From the NCBI GenBank assembly GCA_002269645.1, contig NIVC01001646.1, positions 1-64,000 of the forward strand: a stretch of DNA of 64,000 nucleotides. Reading direction: 5' to 3'. Every line of letters starts with the position of its first letter. The first letter of the stretch is position 1. The stretch comes from Macrostomum lignano (lineage: Eukaryota). The notes under the pieces were generated by a model. It searched no databases. It was not told where the DNA came from and worked only from the letters and a program-made list of their open reading frames with translations. A program made the translations under genes and the position numbers. Shown one piece after another: positions 51,586 through 64,000 of this stretch.

Positions 51586-52358
51586 AATTCCCGGCGTGTC
51601 TGAAAGGCGGCGGCAGCAGGGAAGCTGTTGATGATGATGTTGATGATGAAGATGATGCAGATGATAGCAAATAGGCCGTCTGGCTTGGAACTAAACAGAA
51701 TCTCTGTGGGTGGCCCTAATCCGCTCCTCCAGCCGCGGATTAGCAGAGAGAGAGAGAGAGCTTCACTTTCCCTACCCCCCGCCCGGACCCGGCCTTCTAA
51801 TTATTGCTTTTGGTAGTTATTGGTTTCAATATCTGCCGCTACGCACCTCCGCCCCCTCCCCCATCTGTGCCTTCCTGCCACAGCCCGGGCGGTCCGTAGA
51901 ATTCATTGATTAAAAGCATTTTTTTCAATTGCACGAATAAGGAAGTCGCAAGTCAGTTGTGAGAGAGCGCCAGAATAAGGAAATTATGCAGCCCCTCGGA
52001 CAGCAGGTGAGATCAAGTGCTGCCTGGCCGAGCTGCAGAATTTGCCTGCAAAGCAATCAACTTGTATAGCGAGTGTAGCTGTGCGTGAACGGACGGCCGG
52101 GGGGGAGGGACTGGCCGGAGGGAGGTGTCCGAGCGACCAATTCAGGTCAAGAAACCCGAAAAGTTGAGAGCGAAGCGCCTTTAAAAACTCTATCCTTTTC
52201 TCTATAACTCTCTCCCATGTACGCCACTTAGTCTTTCAAATCTCAATGGGTGCTTGAAGCTGAGGGGCACCTTCGGCTTCGGCGGGGATAACTGGGATTG
52301 TGAGGCACCGGTGAAGTTCCCAGGTGCTGCGGCAGCAGCTTGACCCCGCGAGCTCGGC

Positions 52359-52370
52359 TGACCTTGACCT
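52359..52370 (-). promoter_or_regulatory. Perfect DR0 nuclear-receptor element (AGGTCAAGGTCA)
   Basis: TGACCTTGACCT on the plus strand, 774 bp upstream of the protocadherin ATG. Another AGGTCA half-site lies at about 52144. Confidence 0.35.
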
Positions 52371-52388
52371 GCCTACTGCAGCAGAATG

Positions 52389-54526
<2,138 letters not shown>

Positions 54527-54533
54527 CACAGAT

Positions 54534-54759
54534 CAATCAAGCTGAATGCACACACACAAGATCACCGGAAACGATTAAGGCAGCTGGAAAGCCAATGGGC
54601 GCGGTAAGCGCTTTTATCCAGAGGAACTACCTGCTGGAACCAGCCATGCCGAACGAAAATCAGACTACTCAAGTAGTGCAAAAGAGTACGTGCAACTACC
54701 GAGAAATCTAATTTTCGTAACCGCTCCGGTGAAGGTCCTGGCAATAGATGGTAGATAGC

Positions 54760-54798
<39 letters not shown>

Positions 54799-54811
54799 GG
54801 ATAGATAGATG

Positions 54812-54875
<64 letters not shown>

Positions 54876-54882
54876 CACAGAT
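54534..54882 (+). mobile_element. GATA-microsatellite-embedded short interspersed element, copy B (5'-truncated, with (GATA)n tail and TSD-like duplication)
   Basis: 226 bp identical to copy A, followed by an approximately 110-bp GATA tail. TAGATACACAGAT is duplicated at 54521-54533 and 54870-54882. Confidence 0.75.
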
Positions 54883-56614
54883 ACACAGATGCTGTATGCT
54901 TCGCTCCGCAGGGGATCGCTCCCACCGCCAGGCACTGGGGTGCCCGTTGGCCAAAATGACACACAAACTGACGCACAACAGCAAGCTGAAAGTGTTTGAC
55001 TAACCGCGGCAGCTGCCACCCCCTGCCGCCCCCCCCGCTTGCGCATCCATTCGGATGATGAAGCCGTTTCGGTGACCCTCCTCCCAGTCTCCGCAGCCAT
55101 TTTCGGCCGCTCATCGGCCCCATAGCCGCAACCTTGTCAATCCCACGGACTGAGCGTACAGAGGCCTGATGAAAACCGGGCGCTGGGGGGGTCGCAGCTT
55201 CCGGATTTCTGCGACCAGCAGAAAGCTTCTAGAGGCAGCAGCGGGAGAGCAGCAGCAACTGTTGCAACAGGAGACCCCCTAGTGTGAGCATCTTCGATGG
55301 AGGAGATCCATCTGCATCTGGAGGCAATCTCCAAGCTACTAGTGAAAGACAATGGGGGGATTTCCCGCACAGAATGCAGCAACTGCTTCTTCCAGCCCGC
55401 CCTAGCAAAATTCGAAGACGGCTATTTAAGTATTCGAAAATGGCTTCCCTGAATGCAGGAAAAGAAGAAGAGGAAAAAGAAGAAGAACAGCCAAATCTTG
55501 GCACCTTGTTGAAGACAGCAGGTGCAAGTACCAGGTGGGCCTGTGTGCCCACCACAGCGGTTCTCTTCATAAATACAGTCTATCAATCAGTAGTCAGTCT
55601 CTGGCACACGCAAACTGGCTTTACGAGCGTCGTATTAAAGAAAATAAACACAGGTAGCGGAACCAGAAAAAAAACTGTTTTAAGTACTTTGCTTTTTTAT
55701 GATAGCTCTGGGAGCAATGTCCTACAAATCGGTCCAGACCGACTGTCTCGCTTACAGCAGTTGCAGAGGAGTCCGTCAGGGTCTGGCGGGCCCTGTGATT
55801 GATCATGGGGACTGCGCATCCGCCTTCCATAACCCCCCCCCCCAGATCCCTATGCTGCTGGAACAGGGCTAAGTGGTTTCTGTCTGCGGCACAGCACAGG
55901 CTGGCATTGGGGCGCAGGTCAGGCCAAGGCGGATGTGCATCATTCTTCACCTGCGCCAAGGGAAGCATTGTGTCTCTGAGACTTCCCCCCGCTGCCTCAG
56001 TGCCTCTCTGACTTGCCGGTACAAACCCTTCCATCGGTAACTTCTGCTGAGCATTTCCATGCTGCCCCCTGACCCCCCACTGGCACTGGCTGAAGCAGAA
56101 ATAGAGATTTATGATTTTTATATGCTGCCATCATCTTGAGGAACTGGCGTATATCGGCTGCCAACCCCCCCCCCCCCCATTGTTACACAGATTCCCCCAG
56201 ACCCAGTTAGAAACTAAAAAGACAGATGGGCCTGTATATTCCCACTTATTATACAATATTATCATTGTTAATGCTATGCACAACAGTCATCATTCTCTTG
56301 TCAATTTTTGGGAAGCAACTTTGCAGCAACATCGCCCTGGCAACAAGATCTTTCTTTCTCTCTCCGCTCCGCTTCCACTGAGCCAGATTTTAGAAACTGC
56401 TGCAGAAAGTCTTGCGCTTTTAGAAGAAAGGAGAGCTAGCTAGTCTTAAAAGCTCTGTCAGTTTTGCATCAAGCGCCGGATACCGGTATGTCTGCTGGTG
56501 GGAGCTGATGGGCTAAGTAGACACCCGGATATCTATACTCTTAGATATCATTGAAGCACTTTAGTTCAGAACTGACCTGGCCAAGATGGGCTTTGCATGT
56601 TGTTTTAATCTCTC

Positions 56615-56948
56615 CCAACCTGACTCTCTCCCAGTCTGACTCTCCCCTAACCTGACTCTCTCCCTATCTGACTCTCTCCCAATCTGACTCTCTCCCAATC
56701 TGACTCTCTCCCAATCTGACTCTCCCCTAACCTGACTCTCTCCCAGTCTGACTCTCCCCTAACCTGACTCTCTCCCTATCTGACTCTCTCCCAATCTGAC
56801 TCTCTCCCAATCTGACTCTCTCCCAATCTGACTCTCCCCTAACCTGACTCTCTCCCTATCTGACTCTCTCCCAATCTGACTCTCTCCCAATCTGACTCTC
56901 CCCTAACCTGACTCTCCCCCAATCTGACTCTCTCCCAATCTGACTCCC
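56615..56948. repeat. 16-bp minisatellite (CTGACTCTCTCCCAAT), about 20 copies
   Basis: Direct inspection. Confidence 0.92.
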
Positions 56949-57026
56949 TATTAAAGGGGGAATCACTGTTATGCGCTTGACCAAAGTTAGATGAAGATTA
57001 GATAATAAGCATTTTTAGTATATGGA

Positions 57027-57262
57027 ATTAGCCATCCGATTAGCCACCCGATTAGCCATCTGATTAGCCATCCGATTAGCCACCCGATTAGCCACCCGAT
57101 TAGCCATCCGATTAGCCACCGATTAGCCATTCGATTAGCCATCCGATTAGCCACCCGATTAGCCACCCGATTAGCCATCCGATTAGCCATCCGATTAGCC
57201 ATCCGATTAGCCATCCGATTAGCCATCCGATTAGCCATCCGATTAGCCACCCGATTAGCCTC
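57027..57262. repeat. 12-bp minisatellite (CCGATTAGCCAT/C), about 19 copies
   Basis: Direct inspection. Confidence 0.93.
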
Positions 57263-57972
57263 CCTATCAGCAGGCCATGCCAGATTGCTCACAGCAAAGT
57301 GCGCTCCATTTCTCAGGCCAGCGCAGCCGGGATGACCCGAATGTGTGTGCGAGAGGGAGACGACAGGAACCCGAAGCGCCCCCCCCCCTCCCAACCCGGA
57401 TCAATCGACCCGCTTACTAAGAAATTTCCAGGAACCGAAAACGTGAAAGACAGACTGGGACAGCATCCATCAGCAGCAGCTGCCAGCAAAAACTCGAACC
57501 AGCAACCGACCTCCCCCTTCCCTAAACTCCAAGACGGAGGAAAGTGTTGATCTCTCTCCCCCCTCGCCTGGTCTCGACAAACCGAATAAATAAATAAATG
57601 ATTGATCGAGCGGCATTGAGCACAGACATAGATCCCTTCTGGTGTAAATTTCTCCTTCTCATTTCGCAATTTTCCCACCCAAAAACAATTTCTTAGAAAG
57701 AGATGACAAATTGTCGAGTTATATGACGAATCTCCCAGATTGTAATCTGCCAATCTCCTCCCAGTCAAACTCTAATTGCAAGCACGCTAGTTTGTGTTGG
57801 GCTGCATGGCTTTTTTCTTTCTGATATCTGCATATTAATTCTTCTTTTATAATAGCGACACTTTTATTGGGAGAGAACCAGTAAAAAAATAGTAGTGTCA
57901 GAAACTGATGTAGAAATTTTTGCGATCAATATTAATTATTGCCCTGAGTGAGAGAGATTGAGGGATGAGACT

Positions 57973-58022
<50 letters not shown>

Positions 58023-61000
58023 CTATGCTCGTATACAGCCATGTCTTTTACTGCTTAACTACGGAAAAACTATAAAGCCACGAATAGCGGTGCGCATGTG
58101 GGGCAAAAAACTGTAGAGAGAGAGAGAGACAAGGGAAATCCTTGTTCAGGGCGCCATCTGTCCAGAAACTGGACCTGACCATTAGTGAGTAGAATTTCGA
58201 ACTTGTCCTTTGCTTATGGTTGGAATAAAATCGCAATGCTGACACAATGGGTCGTCTGAGACTTGGGTCTTGAATAGACTAATGCATATTGCTAGAGAGC
58301 AGTTCTGCCCGCAAGGCACTTCACAGAGAGAGGCTCAGTCTGTGCGGTGGGTGTCGGTAAGGATAATTAGCACGCCTCGTCTAACAACTGGCCGCACAGA
58401 ACCGCTGCTACAAATCTGTGCTGCTGTCTGACGCGTATTGTCTTGAAAATATTGTTGCCAGGTGAGTCTAATATCTCAAGACAATGAGGAGAAGATATAG
58501 AGATGTGCTAATGGCCGGAAATCTTCAGGCTCTGACAGAATCTGAATGGCACGGTATCGCAACTGACTGAAGACAAAACCCCGTCATTAGGTTTCTGTTG
58601 CTTGGCTGCATGTTGCAACTTCTGTCTTTAGGAATTTCCTTTCTAAAGAAATTTGCTTTGCTCAAAATAAACCCCAACATACTCAGCGATGGCAGTGACG
58701 CAGTCAGATAGACAGGGCAGGTAGGGAGGCTGAGCTGATGTGGCGTCAAGCGAGAGTCTGCGCGCTGTTATTGTGTTATTATTATTATTATGCGCCGGCA
58801 CGAAAACCTTCTGCTGTTCTCCCTCTCCGATCCCGGAGCTCTTGTTTTGTTTGTCCACGGGGCAAGGATGTGGATGCCGAGTTCCCTCCATTGAGATTTT
58901 CTCACGCCCCCAGAGACTGAGGGGGGGGTGTCACGATTCCCACAGCGATATTGGCTGCTGTGAAGTTGCCGCACCGGCACCCTGCTCAAACCAGCCCGTT
59001 CCCCATTTTAGCCTCATACACTCATTCTCACAATTCTCGCAGGCCCTCAATTAGGCAGCTAGCACTCCCCCCCCATAGCGAAGCAGATATTAATAATCTT
59101 ATTAAAATTTCGAGCAAAATCCCCCCCCCCCCCTAAATCTCGGAAGACATGTCAGCCGCAGCGGCCCTCAAAAAATCTGCATTAATTATCCGACAAAGGG
59201 TTGCGTCACTGTTGAACAACAGAGTTTGAGCAGTTCGAACATTCTCAAAGCAGATCTTGAGGGCGGAGAGCGCAAACGCAAGGCTTATATATACATATGT
59301 ATTTTCGAGCTGACTCAGATCGCTCAGCTGCAATCACCTCCCCCGACAGCCTTCGCGAACTTGCCCAGAGGGGCCTCCCCCGAAGAAGAAGCTCAAGGAA
59401 GTGAGATATCAGCTTTGATGAAGAGAGGCGACAACAACAGAAATTCTTCCAGAAGAAGCAGACTGGGAGACAGATGAAGATGGAGCTAGACAGGCAGATA
59501 AGCGGCGGAGACTATTCCAGCCTCTATTTTCCCATCACATATCCCACAGCTCGCATGATTATCCCAACCTCACGAAGATCCCCTCGGGTCCGGCCCTCAA
59601 ATCCCCTCACAGTTAGTTTTTGATCCCAATCATGCCCCAATCCGCAGCCCCGGAACCTGCGCCGCCCTGCAGCTCCTTCAATCTGACAGGAAAATGAGTT
59701 GAAGCAAACAGGACAAGATGGCCGGGCGGTGAATTCATGTCGAAAGCTGCCGAACTTCGTGGGAGTGAAGGAGACAGGAAGATGCAGAGGCGGAGCCCCG
59801 ATATCGCCAGCCTCAGACATCCTGCTCAGCGAATGGCTCGAGGGGGATGGCTGTCTGGCCAGGGCGATCCCTCACGGTTTCTCAGCGGGATTGTGACGTA
59901 ACCACCGTCTTCCTTCTCTTCTCGTCTGCCTTCTCACTCTACCGCTATCTCTGATTACTGAGCGTGAGGAAGATTTTAGCGTCAGACTCACCGCCGCCTC
60001 ACCCTCCTCCCCCATCAGACCCAACCCCCCAAAAGGATGCGGGATGAGCGCGAACTCTCGCTCAACCTCTCCAGTCAATCACTGCTACGGCGCGTGTGCA
60101 GTTTCTTGTCGGCTTTGCTTTGTAATAGATTTCGGTCTGCTGCTGCAGGATTCGGGAAATTTTCCCTCTGTCTGAGAGACCGTTTCCGCTAAACTGCACC
60201 CTCCCTGTCCGCAGCTCGGACAAAGACCTGGATGGGGATCAGAGAGGGAACAGAGAAGCAGGGGCTGGATAAGTTAACGAACGAGAATTTCTAGAAGACA
60301 AAGGCGGATTAAATGATCGAAATTTTATATTCCTCCCCTCCCCATTTGATTTGCTCGGGCACCGCTGGCGGTGATCAAGGGTGATGAGGGGGGATTTTTA
60401 CCTGTCTTTAACTGGGAATTAATATCCCAGATCATCTGAGGGATTGTGAAGGGGATAAGATTTCATGCAGCAATGGGTACCGCACCGGCTTGCCCCCGAG
60501 CTCAGCAGCCGAAGGAGCCAGCAGTTGGTGAAATCCCCTTCTCTGATGAAATCCCCTTTTTGGAATTGGCTGCTAAGCCGAGTCCCTTAGGGCAGCTGAG
60601 ACTTAATCGGGGCGCTGATGGGGCGGTTTATATTTGTCCACAGGCGATAATCGAATGCAGGTTATTACTGAGCGATAATCTGGATCCTTCATCTCTTTGG
60701 CAAAGCAGCAACTCTTGAGCCACCCCACCCCACCCCCTCCATCAGCTTAGTCTGTGCTCATTCACACCCCAATTGGCAGTTGTTTGTTTTCCCCGAGAGT
60801 CAGCCAGCAGCTTTCGCCTACAAATTTGACAAGGGCAAACAGCAGAGCCGGGCAAGGTCGGCAAGAACAAAGGACTCGGAGAGTGGTTGGGGGTCATCCC
60901 AGAGGTCAAACCGGGAAGGGGGGACTGTCAGAGTTAAATTTTTTACCAATATTGGAGGCAGGTGCGATTTGCGAACTTTCTGCAGCCATTGCCTACTTTC

Positions 61001-61378
61001 GGGACAGAACTGTCCCACGAAGCTGGGAATGAGGGGGGGGGGGTTTCCGGTGTCGCGCCATGGGGGATGTCTGCTGCAAACGGCCTCTGCGGGAAGAGAA
61101 ATCCCCCTCTCACACCCCAATCTCAGTTTTCCTCTTCAAAAATCTGCAGCGTAGTTTTCGCTTCCAGTAATTTTAGCCTCTTTGTTGTCCCAGTTTATTG
61201 AAGGCGGCGTGGTGGGGGGGGATGACGGAGAGCCAGAAACTGGGACATTCGGCTATCGGGGCTCGCACGAAACTCGGGTTTCACACTTCTCCAAGTCCGC
61301 TCAGGCCCTGCTTATAATATGGGATAGTGCATTGGGAATTGCGTTCCTGTGTGTGCTCCAGCCCTAACCTTCATCTCA

Positions 61379-62760
61379 AGAGTATTCACAAACTATAGAG
61401 TATTCACAAACTATAGAATTTTCACAAACTATAGAGTATTCACAAACTATATAATATTCACAAACTATACAGTATTCACAAACTATAGAATATTCACAAA
61501 CTATAGAGTATTCACAAACTATAGAATATTCACAAACTATAGAGTATTCACAAACTATATAATATTCACAAACTATACAGTATTCACAAACTATAGAATA
61601 TTCACAAACTATAGAGTATTCACAAACTATACAGTATTCACAAACTATAGAATATTCACAAACTATAGAGTATTCACAAACTATACAGTATTCACAAACT
61701 ATAGAATATTCACAAACTATAGAGTATTCACATACTATAGAATATTCACAAACTATACAGTATTCACAAACTATATAATATTCACAAACTATAGAATATT
61801 CACAAACTATAGAGTATTCACAAACTATAGAGTATTCACAAACTATACAGTATTCACAAACTATAGAATATTCACAAACTATAGAGTATTCACATACTAT
61901 AGAATATTCACAAACTATACAGTATTCACAAACTATATAATATTCACAAACTATAGAATATTCACAAACTATAGAGTATTCACAAACTATAGAGTATTCA
62001 CAAACTATAGAGTATTCACAAACTATACAGTATTCACAAACTATACAGTATTCACAAACTATAGAGTATTCACAAACTATAGAGTATTCACAAACTATAG
62101 AGTATTCACAAACTATAGAGTATTCACAAACTATATAATATTCACAAACTATAGAATATTCACAAACTATAGAGCATTCACAAACTATACAGTATTCACA
62201 AACTATTGAGTATTCACAAACTATAGAGTATTCACAAACTATACAGTATTCACAAACTATAGAGTATTCACAAACTATACAGTATTCACGAACTATACAG
62301 TATTCACAAACTATTGAGTATTCACAAACTATAGAGTATTCACAAACTATAGAGTATTCACAAACTATAGAGTATTCACAAACTATATAATATTCACAAA
62401 CTATAGAATATTCACAAACTATAGAGCATTCACAAACTATACAGTATTCACAAACTATTGAGTATTCACAAACTATAGAGTATTCACAAACTATACAGTA
62501 TTCACAAACTATAGAGTATTCACAAACTATACAGTATTCACAAACTATACAGTATTCACAAACTATTGAGTATTCACAAACTATAGAGTATTCACAAACT
62601 ATAGAGTATTCACAAACTATAGAGTATTCACAAACTATATAATATTCACAAACTATAGAATATTCACAAACTATAGAGCATTCACAAACTATACAGTATT
62701 CACAAACTATTGAGTATTCACAAACTATAGAGTATTCACAAACTATAGAATATTCACAAA
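61379..62760. repeat. 18-bp minisatellite (TATTCACAAACTATAGAG and variants), about 76 copies
   Basis: Direct inspection; source of the CEYSIV/VFTNYR repeat ORFs. Confidence 0.97.
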
Positions 62761-63309
62761 TCATATTCTGGATTGGGAAAGTGCTCGCCAAAGCAGATCC
62801 TCAGCTTGGGAAGCTCCAGTCTGTTCCTATCAAGATGCTGTAAGCTGATCAACCCGCTGATGCTATCGGCATGCCAATGTAATAAATGTAATGAATTACG
62901 CAACTACGACCACCCGTGGCGGCAAGTGTAAAAATAATTTTCGACCATCAGGGTCCGTCCAGCCAGCCGTCCGGTGGGTCCCCCCGCTCTGTTTGTTAGA
63001 TAGAGAAAAAATCTGTGTCTGTGCAAAGACTGAGGAACTGTGGCCTCCCACAGTACACACAGTAAACAGGTCCCAGCAGTGTCAACAAGGCCCGATTTGA
63101 AAGCCTGCCGCCCGGCCATCCGGAGATGCCAACCGGGTGATAAGAGACCAGCGGTCTGTAGACAGCTTCATCATTGGGTTCAGGGTTGCCTGTGGAGACC
63201 GTTGGCTGCATTTGCTGCGAACTTTGATCTGCAGCTATCGACTAGTTTGACCTTCTTTATCACCTCTGCTAATTTCACACTCTGTGCCTTTCTCCGTCTG
63301 TTTAATGTT

Positions 63310-63610
63310 TCTCTCCGCCTCTCTCGCTCTTTCATCTCTACTCTCACCTCTACTCTCTCACTTCTAACCTCTCTCACCTCTAATCTCACCTCTACTCTCT
63401 CATCTCTACCCTCTCACCTCTACTCTCACCTCCACTCTTTCTCTCACCTCTACTCTCACCTCTATTCTCTCTTTCTTTATCACATTTACTCTCACCTCTA
63501 CTCTCTCACCTCTAATCTTTCACCTCGACTCTCACCTCTACGCTTCTCTCTCACCTCTACTCCACTCTCTCACCTCTACTCTCCCTCACCTCTACTATCT
63601 CACCTCTCTC

Positions 63611-63645
<35 letters not shown>

Positions 63646-63722
63646 ATTTCTACTCTCTCACCTCTACTCCCTCTCTCTCTCCTTTCCCTACCTCTCACCT
63701 TATCTGTCTACTCTCTACTCTT
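63310..63722. repeat. CT-rich low-complexity / degenerate (CTCTCACCTCTA)n repeat
   Basis: Direct inspection. Confidence 0.85.
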
Positions 63723-64000
63723 TGACTTATCTGCAGTGTGGGTCCATAGAACTCTCTCTACTCTTCTAACATTTTATTTCAATTCTGTATTATGAGCTAT
63801 TTCTGGCCTCCTAGCCACTCCCTATGACTGCTCATATTTTTCTGTGTTAAGTTCATTTAAAAAAATCCAATCTGTCTATTCTTTTCAATTTTGTTCCACA
63901 ATCCTTTCCAAGTTCAATATTTTTTCAAATTTCTTTCAAACAAGCAAAGTCGTATATATCCATTAGCGTCTCCAGTCACGCATGTCATTTTCTGTCCCAC

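Noticed and set aside
55166-55235. CTGATGA followed by a hairpin (GGTCGCAG..CTGCGACC) and GAAA, suggesting a hammerhead ribozyme
   Set aside because: Stem II does not start directly after CUGAUGA, and stems I/III with a UH cleavage site could not be formed. A covariance-model search would settle it.

Overview
Eukaryotic (metazoan) genomic DNA, not prokaryotic. It has GC-rich exons with poly-Ala/Gly/Gln tracts, GT-AG introns, and roughly 35-40% tandem repeat (hand estimate). The style suggests a flatworm such as Macrostomum, but this is inference only. Four protein-coding genes could be reconstructed by hand, and the splice phases are consistent except for two apparent 1-nt deletions in one exon of gene 1. 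(1) An 11-exon DLC1/STARD13/cv-c-like SAM-RhoGAP-START gene on the minus strand, 1035-16062, with those two deletions flanking the GAP domain. (2) A divergently transcribed 7-exon MATE/SLC47 transporter on the plus strand, 18865-23497. (3) An intronless, divergent GRK2-like Ser/Thr kinase lacking RH and PH domains on the plus strand, 26854-28806. (4) A 7-EC delta-type protocadherin on the minus strand, 32558-51585. Mobile DNA includes a degenerate non-LTR retrotransposon 3' end, two tRNA-derived CORE-like SINEs and a hAT MITE with perfect TIRs and an 8-bp TSD. The most unusual feature is two identical inverted copies of a 226-bp element, each embedded in (GATA)n microsatellite, which bracket the protocadherin ectodomain exons and proximal upstream region. 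About 30 distinct mini/microsatellites account for all the very long repetitive ORFs in the track. There is no CRISPR array, rRNA or bona fide tRNA.
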